From assembly GCA_040954595.2 (NCBI GenBank), contig CM082596.2, forward strand, positions 3,651,025 to 3,715,024: 64,000 nt of DNA. The letters are read 5' to 3'. Positions 25,001-40,000 of this stretch are shown here, piece after piece (the stretch's first letter is position 1; each line of letters starts with the position of its first letter). The DNA is from Balanoglossus misakiensis (Eukaryota > Animalia > Hemichordata). The position numbers and the translations under genes are program-made. Under the pieces are notes generated by a model, which was given only the letters and a program-made list of their open reading frames with translations, did not search any database and was not told where the DNA came from.

Positions 25001-28000
25001 AGTTCACTCAGAAAATTTCCAACGTAAAACAAATGACAGATGGAGCAATTGGTAGAAGTTCCAAATTTCATATAAGGTTTATCACACAGTCAGCATAAAA
25101 CAATAAATAGTGTATGCAAATAGAAATAACCAACACCACAACAAACTGTTTGCTTTCTATGGGAACTTTTCAATTATTGTTTTTTGTTGATTACCTTATA
25201 ATACCAAGCAAACAAGAAAACAGCAAACAAAATAAGAGAAAGTATTCAACTAAAAAGTCGAAGGATAAAAAGTGCATTTTTATTTTGCTGTGTAGATTAT
25301 AAACAAAAATTTGAATTTTAAGAACCCATGCAAAACCAAGTTACCTAAAGATATCCCAACACCATACTGAGAGAAAGCAAACAGAACAGAACCACTGATA
25401 GCAAGCTTTTGCTAAAAGTGTATTCCAAATACAGCATTCTAAGTTTCACGGCTTTGTTTCCCATGACAACAAAACACATCAAACAGAAGGTCCATAAAAG
25501 GTGTGAGCAGATGCATAGAGATACAGTGTACAGATACACACAAACACAGATAGCTATGTTACATGAAGCAGCGCATGCCAGATGAAATAGTTTAGAGTAA
25601 ACATCACCTGTGGTAATAATGATGATGGTATGGGAGGTCTGGTCCACGGACGCTGGCATTCGCAGGTTACACTCTGATGTGACATGCTCTGATGCTCAAT
25701 GACAAAAGATGCATGAACAGCTCATTTTCCTACCCAACTAATGCAGCATTCAATAGCTCTAACATGGTCAACAGCCAAGACATGTTAGATGCTCTATAGA
25801 TGGTGCTTTCACACCCATGTACATACTTATCTCAGGAAATAGATTGCAGAAATACACAAGGAATGGGAGAAGCAGGGTGGATGTTAGAAGTCAAAAACTG
25901 TCTTAGACATTGCCATATTGCTTTTTTATGATTAATGAAAACAACAGCACCATAATGTCAATTCAACATTGAATTATTTGCTTGAAATGTTAATGATGTC
26001 AATATACACGGCATTTACAAAATAATGTAAATGGGTCAGTCAATAAAACAACAATTATAAATGATGAGGTCAATAGTAATTATTAGACGCCAATCTCTGC
26101 TACCAAAACCTTGTAAAGGTTAATAGCATGCAATGTTACTCTTCACTTACTGGCCAATACAAAATCTTGTAAGCTACGACTATACCTTCAAACTACCAAT
26201 AATGAGGTGAATGCAGAATGAAATGATAAAAAATCTTGCGATGAAATATTAAATATGAACAGATGAACAACAATGGAAACAAACAATAATGCAAACATCA
26301 ATCACAGTGATCTGTAAATCCATTACAAAAAATTAATGACACAATTACACAATGTGAAACATGACAATGATGTTACTCCTGAAATATGTCAAACTATTGT
26401 TGAACGCTAGCAAAGGAAAACAATGTTATGCACCTGGGGAAGAAAGGTATTAAGCTGAGTGTGGTGCTAGATTCCTGCAAAAGATGGGTTAAACACAAAT
26501 ACATGATATCAATTGGCAACAAGATGTAACATTCATTTATTGCCATGACAACTGTCTCATAATGCACCGCAGCAGTAGCTAATACACATACTGCAAAGAA
26601 TGATCACACACACACATTTTCGAACATTTGAATGACAACATGTGGCTGTGATCTTGTAAGTGTGACTTACTTTTAACAGTGAGGGTGACTTTGGCAGTTG
26701 TCTCTCCTTCTTTGTTTTTAGCCTCCACCCTGTAAACGCCAGCATCATCTTCAGAGATATCGTTGATCTGCAGCGTCAGGAAGTACATGTGCACATCGGC
26801 GTACACACTGACATGCACATGCTCACTTTCCTCGATTGGTTTCTCATTGTGGTACCAGACAACGTAGGGTCTTGGCGCAGCAATCAGTTTGAATTCAAAC
26901 TCCACCTGTGGGTGGCCATCGTCAACTTCCTGTGGTTTGGCAACTTCCATGAATGCCGGCTTGATTCCTTCTGGTTCTTCAATGGTCGATTCCCTGGACA
27001 TGATATCAAAATGACATTAGAAAACGTACCAACAACAAAGCTGCAGTGATGGCTAAGAACTGCAATTTGGATGTAGATCCATTCTTTGATACTATGTGGT
27101 TTGAAATACAGTTACAACAGTAGAAGACTGTAGATGCTTTCTAAATGGGCTGCACTTCTATGATAAACTTTGCTTTCTGATTTTTCATTTTCTCTTACCT
27201 GGACAGACTTCTCCTTGAAACCGGAGTTTCTGTACTCTCTGCATCTGATAGGCATACTGTAAAGAGTAAAAGAGAAATGGTTAAAATTGCTGATTAAAAT
27301 ATAAATTAATTTTGGAATTTGTATTCATATACTTTTAAGTTTTTAATGGCAAAAGCATAAATAGATAAACAGTTCTTTAAGAATGAGTGGTGAGATTTTT
27401 ACCTTCAACAAGCAGTTCTGCACTTGTGGAAGCCATGCCAGCCTTGTTCTTAGCAACACAAGTGTATTTTCCAGAGTCTTCCGGAAACACTTCCTTGATG
27501 GTCAGTGTGCAGAGGTTACCGTCGTACTCGGTCATAAAGTCTTCAGAATCAGGAATCATGGTACTCTGTCTATACCACGCAACTGATGGTTTGGGGTTTC
27601 CTTCCAGGCAACATTTCAGTGTGACAGGGCGGCCGTCTTTGCCTCGTGTTGTGTCAAGAGGTTTGGTGAAGTGGGGTGGCACCATTTCGCCTTCATATGG
27701 CTCATCTGGTAGAAGGGACAAAGCTTGGTTAGAGTATATAATGAAATAAGTACTGAACAGAAATATGTGATTACTAAACGATATAAAATACACATAGAAT
27801 AGCAAAACCAATTTATCTCAAGAAATGTAGCTATTACCTGGCCCCATTGGTAGAGCAGCCATGCTCTCAGCAAGCTGATCTTTCAGATGTTGTTCGTACG
27901 TCTCCAGTGACTCCAGGTAGGATCCTGGCACCCATCCTTCTTCACCATTGGGTCTACGTACCAGCCACCAATCACCATGCTCTCTGTCAATCACTGTCAG

Positions 28001-31000
28001 CTCTTCCCCTTCTCTTATTGACATGACCTCATCTGTCTCAGCCAAGTAGCTGCCGATAGCAACGTATGCTGTCGACACCTCGGTCTTCTCCTCCTCTTCT
28101 TTGACTAAGGAGAAAAAGGTTTTACATGCTCCAAAATGTACATCTTATGTACATTTAAATATCAACATTCAGCTACAACCATGATTAATTAGTAAAATTA
28201 AGACAACTTTCAGTGAGGGATTACAAAATCCTAAAAATGCAAAAGTCATAAGTGTTACACCATGTTACAATCTTAGTTCAATGTAATAAAAGAGATAAAC
28301 ATACCTTCTGTTATTGTCAACTCTTTCTTGGATATTTCCTCCTGGTGAATTATCAACACACAAACGCAGAAAAAGTTAGCATTTCGGGAAGACTATTAGA
28401 ATGAAATTTCCACCAAGAATTAGCAAACATCCCATTCCTCCAGCACACACACCTAACATACATCACAAACGTGGAATAAGATTCAACGCGGAGTCATGCA
28501 ATATACTAAAGTTTACCTTGATCGGATATTCTACGACAATGGTTCTAAGAGTTCTCACTACAGTCTCTTTACCCTCGGGAGTTTTGATGATTTCCAGCAC
28601 CTCCTCCTGGATGGTTTCTGGTCCCGCCACCTTTGTCACTTTCTAAATGACAATCAGTTAGACTGATTATCTCCGGTTTTTTCAGTGCAGTGACAGTGTA
28701 AATAGGTGAGTTTAACACTGAACACAGCAGGTGGGGATTAGGGCTGTGAGACGCGTTTTGGAAACCTTTTCAAACACATGCACTCAGACACAGCTCTTTG
28801 TACACACAAACACTCATATTATCAGCATCACTGATAATCATTCAAGCAAAGTGCAGTTTGCAATAAGTCAATTCCCTTGTCAAATGGGATGGCATAATTA
28901 TGTTCTAAGTCCCTATCATGAATGAAAAATGATGAAAGAAAAATGTTCAAAATATACTTTTAGTCGCTATTTTATATGCTTGGCTTTATTTTTTAATGTT
29001 AACCATTTCACAAGGAAATTTGTTGGCTTTTTTTCATGAGACAAGCCCTGGCACATAATATGAGATGACAGGGCCATGCAAATTTTGTGATCATGGCAGC
29101 AATTTAAATGACAGCCATGAATTCAAAACACCAATACAGAATCATATCATTTTCGATTTACATATTTAGCCATTGGAAGATTTCCTTGATTCACAAAATC
29201 TGTATTGGTTGTTTGTGAATTCAACTTTATAAACTATCTGAAGTTTTACTGATCAAAAATTAAAATGCGATGATGGTAGATGTAACTTAACCATTGATGA
29301 TAATTCTGAATAGCAAATGCAATGAAATGGAATATTGAACCCAAGCTTCCAATTATGCAGCAAATGAGAATAGCAGCATATTTTTTAAAACTTTTATCGC
29401 GTTTTTATTGATTTAGCTAATTTACAAATCACAAACTTAGTTTGCGATATGATGATAATATATTTGAGTGCATTATTTGCGTTATCAACAAACCCATACC
29501 TTTTGAGCTTCTGTTTTCTCCTCAATTACCATTTTCTCCACTGTTACTTGTTCTTTAATTTCCTCTTTCTCTGATGGCAGTTCTGGAAGATGAAGTAAAA
29601 AATAGTGAACATTTGCCCATGTCTTGCCCGATCTTGGAAGTTTTGCATTTTATACTAAGTAGCATTATTCAGGATGGAGGCATAACTTCCTGAGATCTTT
29701 AGTATTACTTGCAGCTTTTAATACATATTGCCCAATGTGAGCTACATTTACAAAAGACTTGTTTTGTTTAAAGGGAGACTCACTGGTACAGCGCTTAAAT
29801 AAAACTGACCCTGAAGTATAATATAAACACACATTTCATAATGTACACTAGAAAGTTGAACTTTTTGCAATGGGAAGGTGACCCCAACATTTTAAACGCC
29901 TGACGCATCATTCACCCCTATTTCTCCCTGGAGAGACCCAACATTGACAAGGAGAACAATAGTGTTGGACCAAACCATGGTGTGGAAAGGGTTAAATGCA
30001 TGTTTGTCCTGCCCTATGGTCCCTGCATCAAACAGTACATCACTTTTCTAAATCTTCAAATAATCTTGAAGTGAGCCATGGTGGGTTGCAATTGGGACGA
30101 AATGGCAACGTGACGTGTCTGATGCACACTGGGGCCATGTACATGTAAATATCACTAAAATGAATGGTAACATTAATGATGAAAGCAGGAGAAATCAATA
30201 AATAAATAAAAGTGCAAAAAATTGAAGCATACACGTCCTTGAAAGCAGGTAACAGGCATGCTAAGTTTTGAAACAAGCCCCAAAATATGTCATGCACAGC
30301 TATATGTATAGTTCACTTCCATTTCACTTAAATTTTTTACAGATATTGCATGCCTGTTGTATATCCTTTGTGCATTGATCGAGTGCGTGTGATAAGGACA
30401 TGTGTTGTTGTTATTTGATGGGTATGATGAAGATGATGTCATAGCAGGGCCTTGTCCACAGGGAGCCTGTTTGATGCAAATCTCTTTGTGTTTCACCATG
30501 TCCACATGCCGAGTGCTTTTATACATTTCACTTCACGAACTTCCAGCAATCTTATAACCATGCTACATACAACGTCCTGCCCACATGAAATGTTGTGACA
30601 CCTGCACAATGACGAAAGCCGGTACATTTGGCGTGTCACTTTGCTGTGCATACTTGCAGGTGTGGTGATCACAGCCAGCATCATTTGGATGTTCAACTGT
30701 TCTTGCAGCAATGAGATTTAGTCTCTTTCGAGCATGGATTGCAGTTGGTGTTTTGAACAATGATGGTAAACTGTTTTTTGAAGGGAATATTCCAAACCTT
30801 GAACAATCAGTGTTGCCGACGTGGAGGCAGTTCCTGCTGGATTCGATGCTTGGCATTCAAACTGGCCGGCATCTTCAGGGAAAGTTTCCTCCAGAGTGAT
30901 AGTGCAGATGCCATTCTCATAGCTGGTAGCAAACTCTGGTGTGTCTGTGACATTCTCACCATCACGGAACCAGGTAATCTCAGGCTCAGGTTTACCCTCA

Positions 31001-34000
31001 ACTTCACACGTCATCTCCATTGGTTCTCCCTCTTTCACTTTGCATGATTTCAACGGTTGCACAAATGTCGGAGGCATAGTGACTTTTACCTCTCTACCAC
31101 GCTGTACTGGAGTCTCACTGTCTTTATCAAGTCTCATTTTGAGGGTGATTTCGTCTGGCTTTTTTGGTACTTCATCTAACTCAATCTCTGTGATGGAAAC
31201 ACCATGCTCACTTTCTTCATCAGACTCTGGTATTTCAAATGTCACACGGGTTGCTTTTCTTATGTGTGTTACATGTACTGTTTCTTCCCGGGTTTCATCT
31301 TCTGGGAACTCCACTTTAAAGACAACTTCCTGAGGTTCTTCCACAGGGACTTCAATTCTGACATGATCCTTTGCTGGCAGATACTGAGTGTCTACATCTG
31401 TTAGTGTGATGGTCTCTGATGGTACTTCTGATTTCTCGTCTTCGATAACCTCTACAACATAGACAGCAGGTTCCTCTGATGGTAAATGTACAGTGATTTC
31501 CTCGGGTGATTTCACTGGTTTACCGTCAACAGTATCTGTAGTTGAAATTCCTGGTTTTTCTTCCACAGGTTTGATCTCCTCTTCGACAGTGACATCTTCT
31601 TCTGGACAAGAGATTTCAAACACTATCTCCTGGGGTTCTTTAGCTGGTATCTCTATGGTCACCTGTTCTCTTGATGGAAGGTAGTGTGTGTCTGTGTCTT
31701 TTACTGTAATGTCAAACTTGGCCTCAGTGGGTACTTCTTCAATTTTCTCCCCCTCCTCTTGGACAACCTCCACCACTTGAACTTCACCAGGTTTCTCCAA
31801 GGGAAAGTGCACAGTGATTTCCTTAGGCAACTTTACTGGTTTATCTTCAACAGTTTCTGCAGTAACATCTTCCACAAACTTGACCTCTTCTTGTGGGAGG
31901 AGTTCTTCTTCTGGATGTGAGACTTCAAATACCACAGGCTGAAGTTCTTCGGGCTTGATCTCTTCTTGGACAATGACATCTTCTTCTGGAAGAGAGACTT
32001 CAAACATTATCTCCTGGGGTTCTTTAGCTGGAACTTCTATGGTCACCTGTTCCCTTGATGGTAGATATTGCGTGTCTGTGTCTGTTACTGTAATGTCAAA
32101 CTTGGCACCAAAGGGTACATGTATTTCTTCAGTCTCCTCTTCTTCTACAACCTCAACAACATGGACCTCACCCAGTTCCTCCAATGGAAAATGTACAGTA
32201 ACTTCCTTAGGTAACTCAACTTGCTTAACAGGTTTTGCTCTAACGCTTTCAGTGACATCTTTGATAGGTTCAATGTCTTCTGTAACATACACAATCTCCT
32301 CTTCAACTGTGGTTGTTTCTTCTTTGACCATGACGTCTACAACCATCTCCTGGGGTTCCCCAATTTGAACCTCCATAGTCAACTGTTCCCTTCTTGGCAT
32401 ATACTGAGTATCTGTGTCCACCACTGAAATATCATACTGTGTATCACTTGGTACACGAGTCTCGGTCACCTCCTCTTGGACTGGCCTTTCATCTTCTGGA
32501 ATCACAACTTCAAAAACCATTTGCTGGGGCTCCTTAGCAGGTACCTCTATAGTCACTTGTTCGCTTATTGGCTTGCTTGGTTCCTCTAATGGAAAATGTA
32601 TAGTGATTTCCTCAGGCAATTCTGCTGGCTTAGTATCAGTGGGTATGGTTACTACTGTTTCTGGTTTCGGTTCTTCAGTTATGTAGACAGTCTCTTCCTC
32701 TACAGTAGTTTCTTCTTCAGTAACCTGGAGAGTGAAGACAACATCCTTCGGTTCCTCAGCTGGTATTTCCATTGTAACTTCTTCCCTTGCTGGAATCAGC
32801 TTGGTCTCAGTTTCAACAGCAGTGACATGATGCAAAACATCTTCAGGTTTTTGTGTGATCTCCTCCTCCGTCTCCTCAACAACATGAAATTCACCGACTT
32901 CTTCCAAAGGAAACTGAATGGTGATTTCCTTTGGTAATTGGACTGGTTTTACTAGTGTACGGTCTGGTGTGACTGACTCAGGCATCTCTGTCATAGGCTC
33001 TACCAGCTCTCCACTGACACCCTCTCCAGGTCTCCTTTTGGCGGTGTGGATGTCAACCCTAAATGTAACATCTTTCAGTGGACGGTCAACATCTTCCTCT
33101 GGCAGAATATCTCTTTGTGATCTCAAAATTATATCCTCTTCAGGCACAATAGGCTTACTCTCTTCGTCGACAGGTACTTCCATTGTAACTACAGAAACTT
33201 CATCATCTGGTTTCTTCAATGGCAGCAGTATTTCAACGTGCTCTGGTAACCTTGGTGATTCAGCCACGTCAAGCCGTACATGGGAAACTTCTGTTATTTC
33301 GGCTGGAGAAGATACCTCAGCTTCTTTTCTGATCATAAGTGTCTCTGAAGTAATTTCTGTTGGCTTGTCTATTTTTAACTGAAATTCAATTTCATCTGGA
33401 AAACGTGGAGACTCATCAATTTCGATCTCAGAAACGGAAAGTTCTGTGATGGTTTCTTCATCAGGTTGTTCCGGTTCTGAGGGAATGTGTTCATATGTTC
33501 CGATTTCAAAAGTTGCCTCTGAAACGTCTTCTGGTCTTACTTCAATTTGTATTTCCTCCGGTAACAGAGATGGTCGATCTATTCTTGTAGTGGAAGTTGC
33601 AATATCAGGCTTTTCTGGTCTTGGAATTTCAATGCTTTCTATAGACTCTCTAACATCACCCAAGTGCAACTGTAATTCAATTTCACTTGGTAGCCCTGGG
33701 GACTGATCTACTTCAAGATCCAGCATTGAGATCTCCGTCAGAGTGTCATCTGCTTCTGGCACAGACATGCCTTGTTCACTATCAACAAATGTTGTTGATA
33801 TGAACGAAACTGATTCCTCTGGTTCAGTGTATTTTGCTGTGGTGTCCTCCTCTGTAGGAAGTTCTTCTGGTTCATCAAATTCTAAATTAACCAAAGTTAA
33901 TCATGAAACAAAGCAGGAACCCTTTTCTCCAATTCAGCTCTCCAGAACTTCAATATTTTACTGTTTAGTTTCTATGGCTGTTCATAAACTATTTTGTCAC

Positions 34001-37000
34001 AACTGACCAGTACCAATGGCAAAACAAACTTCAAGTATTTTGAAACATGGAAACTTCTCATGAAAATAGGGGAAAATACAATAAGGTAATCAAAAGGCAT
34101 CCATGCCTATACTAAAAGCTGAACCTGAAGAAAAGTTTTAAATTTCACCTGATGTCATATGCAAATTTGTATTCACCTATAATACTCTTCATACACAAAC
34201 AACAGTGATGGTTCATATGTAAGTGAATGTGCTTACCTTTGATGAAAAGATTTGCCGAGCAGGCAGCTTCACCAGCTGGATTGGTAGCCTTGCACTGAAC
34301 TTTGCCTTCATCTTCCGGGAAAACTTCGGGGAATTCAAGAGTACATGTGCCATCATCACTTCGGCTGATTTTACAGTCTGGGCTGTTTTCAAGTGGTCTG
34401 TCATCAAGGAACCATGCGACTTCTGGTGTAGGTTGGCCAGTTACAACACATTCGAATACCACTCTGTCTCCATCAGTGACATTCTGGCTGTCAAAAAGTT
34501 TGGTGAAGTTGGGCGGTTCCAATTTGTCAATGTCAAGGACAAACTCGATTTCTTCTGGTGCACCCTCGATCATAAGTTCTTGCGTGACCACTTCCTTTCG
34601 TTCTGGAATCATCTCAGTAACAGTTGTGACTGTAGTAACAGTTTCGGTAGTGACGACCTCTTTCTCTTCAACAACACGGGTGACCTCTTCGACCTGTTCC
34701 TCAGAGCTCTCATACTCTGAAGGAGAAAAATCAAAAGTAAGTAACATGCATTGCAAAGTAGTGGTCGACTGTTAGTAGATATTAATCTGAAAAAGTTGTA
34801 GAAGTTAGCAGAAGGTGTAAATGTAGAGAGTCAGGACAACCCACCACCATGAGAGAGTGAAACCAAGACCCACCTTACCATGTGCGACAGTTAACGGAAG
34901 ATGATTAAATACAAAGGAAAAGTCAGTTTAATACCAAGTGCCTACTTGTGATAGAGATACCACTTATAATTGCCACCAGACTCAAAACACTGAGGATGGT
35001 AATATCAAACCTTTCTGGATGATAGTAATGTCAGCTTTACAGCTTGTCTTTCCAATGCAATTTGTTGCCTCTATTGTGTAGCGACCAGCGTCATCTTTGC
35101 TTACATGGTCTAAGAACAGAGTACCTGAGCCATCTGTGTTGTCTACAATGTACACATTGTCATGTGGGCGTACTCTTAGTCCATTTTTGTACCAGGTCAG
35201 CATTGGGGTAGGCACGCCCTCTGCTCGACATTTCAGTTTTGCTTTGGAGCCGATGACTAACTCTGTGTCATATGGTTTCTCTACAAATTTTGGCGGACGA
35301 GTTTCAATGTGCTTTGGGAGATCTAATTGAGTTTCTGATTTTACAGGCGTCTTCTGTGGTCCCATGAGATCCAGTTCAACTGCAAGTCCCCTTGGATATT
35401 CAGCATCCACTGTCCTTAGACCAATGTCATCATCTTGGTCGACCACTTGCAATGCTAAAGACAGTTCAACAGGTTGAAGAGGATGGCCTGGTTGTACTTC
35501 GCGTCTCATATGTGGAGACAACACGTGTGTCGTATATGTAATATCTTGCTTGACACTTCTCTCCTCTGCTGTTGGGGGAAACCTTACTCCTTCGCTATCA
35601 ACTTCAAGAGAGATTTGTCTGCTTTCTGTGCTTTCATCCATCCGATCTGTTATCCTCTGGACAACAGTTACATCATCTTCAGCATCTTCAAAAATGATAT
35701 CTTCTTGGATTTGGGTAAACTCCCTTCTTGTGTATGTCCTTGTTTCGCGGATCTCCATACTTTCTGCTCCCAAGTGGTAGAGCCTGTTCTCAAGAAACTG
35801 ACCAACAGGCCTGATTTTTCCTTCCTCCCCTGTGAGATACTCTTCCCCCTCATCCGTAGATGATGAGCTTACATCGCTGTCAGATTTGGTGTCTAATGAA
35901 AAATAATTTTATTATGAACTATATGGAATCTAATTTAGAGCAGTGAAAAGATAGTACACTGAATGTTTGGAAACTTTAACAGCATGCATGAATGTTGGCA
36001 AATAGAGATGACAGAAGAGTACACAATATAATCACACAAAGTAAAGAACATGACACTGCAGACAAGATTTCAACTAATCTACATCTATCCCATCACCAAT
36101 AAAATGCAACAACAAGACATACTGTAAACCAGAATATTTTCACCACGAGTATTTTTCACTATCTGGCTCATTTCATATTTTGGGAATTTACACTTTTATT
36201 CTGGATTTTACCCAAACAAAAAATTGTTGTGATAAACCTCAATAAGCCAAGATTTCACAAACCGTTTGATTTCAAAATTTGTTAAAGTGTCTGACTGACA
36301 TCCAGGGTCATTTTCATTGAAAAAAATTGTGAGTCAAGAAAAAACACTAAACAACATACCATCATTGATTCCAGATTTCCTATAATGAAAAATCTCATAA
36401 GAAAATAATCTGGTTTCAAGTATGACTGAAAAAAACGTGCAAACCTTTAACAATGAGTTCAGCAGCACACGTGGCAACTCCTGCTTCATTGGAGGCTCTA
36501 CAAGTATACTTTCCAGCATCATCAACAAACACCTCTCTTATAGACAGGGTACAAAGGTCCCCATCCTGTGCAATTTGGAAATCGTAGTCACTCTTAATCT
36601 CTTCTCCGTCATGAAACCACTGAACTGTGGGTAGAGGTTGGCCCGTCACTGTGCATTCGAACATGGCAGGGTCTCCCTCTTCAACAGTGATGACCGATAT
36701 TGGTGGGTTGAATTTGGGTGCTTCTATAGGCGCCTTTCTTCTTTCGTAGGAAGGCCTTTCAACTTTAACCGGTATCTGCCTGCTTTCTAATGGTACAGGT
36801 CTGTCACCATCTTGAGGTATTTCAAATAACAGTTCCACTTCCTTGAGTTGTTTGTGCTTTTCTCTTGCTTCAATCACCACGGTAGTAGTCTCGATTTTGC
36901 CCCCATCCTTATCTCTTACTGTGTCTAAATACTGAACATCTTCTGTTCTCATCCAAGTGTCAGAAAGAACATGTGGAGTGGGTCGTTCAACATCAACTGG

Positions 37001-40000
37001 AACATCTCGGCTTGTTTCGGAAAGTTGAAGTCCATCCTCTTTAACACTCTTTTCCATTGGAAATATTTTAATTTCTATTGGGATTTCAATTGCATCACTC
37101 ATGTCAAGTACTTTGTCATAATCCATGTGGTCTCTCCTGACATCTTCTGTCACGTTTGTTTCAGTTGGCTGCACTGCATCAGTGGGGTAGATTTCTTCAT
37201 CTGATTCAATTTCAATTGGGAGATCTACAATAATTTGACCCTTTGTTAGACCTCTGTCATCATCTGAACTGTCATCGCTATATTCGTGCCCATGATCTAT
37301 ATGTTCCTTGCTGATAGTTTCAAGTAACGTAGGTTTTGTGTAAGAATCCGGTATGGGAAATGTCAATTCTATTTCACAAGGTGCTTTCCTTCCTTCCTCT
37401 ATGTCAATGAGAATACTTGAGCCTTCAACATGTACAGGTTTATCCAATGCATCAATGTCTATGGCATCATCAACATAGTCAATGTGTTTTCTCTGTACTG
37501 ATTCATCAGTTGGTACAATACTATCAGGAAATCTTCCCACATCAATTGGCCTTTCCTGAGTTCCATCATCCAGCAGAGTTGTGAAGGCCTGCTCAACTTC
37601 CTCTAAAACTTCCTGCATATCTGTCATCTCTTTATCATCTACCTGGTCATAATCTATGTGTTCTCTCCCAATAACTTCAGATTCACCACCTTCTTGCGGA
37701 TATCCCACACCTGCGCCCAATGGGATTGTCCTCTCATCATCTACAGGAAAATCAAGTCTATCCTCATATAGGATGCCGTCTCTTCTGAACGGGGGTTCTG
37801 AAATCTCCCGCGCTTCAGGCTGCAGATCATCGCTGGAGATAGCGTCCTCTTCAGTGACTTCTGCAATAGCTTCCAGCTCGCTCGATAGTTTTTCATAACT
37901 GACCTCAGGCTCCAAAGACAATCTAGGTTCTTGTGCATATTCAATGACTGACTTTCTCACAGGCACTTCATCTGTGTCGGGGGCCATGCCTTCATCATAT
38001 TTTAATGGCAACTCAATCACAGGAACACTCGACTCCTCCTGTGTCATTTGTTCCCTCTGGTCATCACTCTCCTCAGAAGATGAATATGAATATATCCTGG
38101 GATAGTCAGACTTTTGCGGTTGTACTCTACCCATAAAAGGACCATATGTCTCTTTTCGCTTATCACCCTCACTAACATGCATTTCTCCTAACCCTGTTTC
38201 GACTGTTCCATCTGTACTCCTCTGTTCAGGCATGGTTGTTTCAGTTGTCAGTGACTCTATATCATCTCCTTCTACATGCACAAAAAAATCAACATGCACA
38301 ATAAGGTTAGAAATTTCAATACATGCATAATTTCTTGAACTAATTCTGAAAAGTTAATTGTGACGAACAGAAACTCTACTTTCATGTATATATTAAATAT
38401 TAATGGATCTACATATATTTATGGATTATTTGGGGATACAGCATTAAACACAGGAACTGGACCAATCGAAAAAACTGGAATGGTTAAATTCATATGAGGG
38501 AAACTAATATTTATATTAGTATAGGACCAGGTACATGCTACTTTTGATCATTTACTAACAAATTTATGAACTTGTATAATTCAATTTCAAGAACAATTTG
38601 GTAAAATACTACTTGAGAAACAACTGCTGTACTGAAAATAAACATTCAACACAAACAGTAACATATCCAAAGTACATGATAAAATAAAAAGGACATACCG
38701 AGCACCACTAATGTTGCTGTGCAGGTGGCTATTCCAGCTGGATTGACAGCCTTACAGGTGTAGTCTCCCGCATCATCGATGAAAACGTCACGGAACGTCA
38801 AAGTAGCTGTACGGTTGTCGAAGGTGATCTTGAAATCAGATGTTTCTTTCACTTCTTCTCCGTTGTGATACCATGTGATGGTGATTTCTGGACTTCCAGT
38901 CACCTCCGCTTCGAAACTGGTCTTGTCTCCCTCTTTGACTTCTTGGCTTGTGATGGGTTCACTGAATTGGGGTGGCTCAATCTTTTCCACTGGTTTCACT
39001 TCTTCCTCCATCACAGGCTCCTCAGCTTCTGGTGGGAATTCAACTTCAAGTTCTGTTCAGACAAAGACATCATGACAATTAGAGTGGCAAATACACTACA
39101 TTGTTTTTTGATATCCATGGTTGCTATATCTGAAGAGTGAAAATGTTTAAAACCATTATGCAAAACTCATGCAACATTGAATATCTGTGGATAAAAACAA
39201 CATGGCAGTAAATTACAGTAAGTAATGCTTAAAAAATAAATATGTGTACATGTACAGGCAAACACTGACAATACTAATTATAGAGCATACACAAGCACTT
39301 GTAAATTGGAAACTCTCACAATCATTCAAACATCATAGAAAATACATGTACCACACAACATCATGCAGGAATCAGTGCATTTAAAAACATACACACCATA
39401 CAACTAATCCTTGTTTTTGTAAATCATATTAACAAGTCTTATGCGAGATCATGCAATTTTAGTGAACATTTTTACTGTGATACCTAATGAAATTATATAA
39501 TCTTAACATTTGTGAAATAACAACTACATCAAAAGTGTAGTGTGTTATATCAAAGGATGTCAACCATTGGTCTAAAATGCACATGCTGTATATTAATTGT
39601 GCATCTGGGGTTGGCTGTGTTAGCTGGAGGTGTCATCAACAGCATGGACTCAATATGACAAATTCTTCCTCCAACCTTTGAGGATGATTTCAGCAAAGCT
39701 TGAAGTTGTGCCTGCTGGGTTGACTGCTCTGCACTCGAATTCAGTCTCATCCTCAGTGTCAACATCAGTGATAACCAGAGTACATGTGCCATCCAGTTCG
39801 CACATTGACACGTAACGTGGTCCACTGATGACTTCATCATTTCTGAGCCATGTTACTTCTGGACGGGGTACACCAGCAACTTGACAAGTCAGTGTTGCCG
39901 TCTCGTGACGATATACTTCTATGTCATTCAACTCGGATGTAAATGTTGGCTTCACTGTGTGCACAGCTTCGAGAATGATTTCACGGCTTATTTTCTCTGC

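Noticed and set aside
30040-30711. Several short minus-strand ORFs and a possible exon near 30602-30696
   Set aside because: Poor acceptor, weak GTGTCA donor, and composition unlike the real exons
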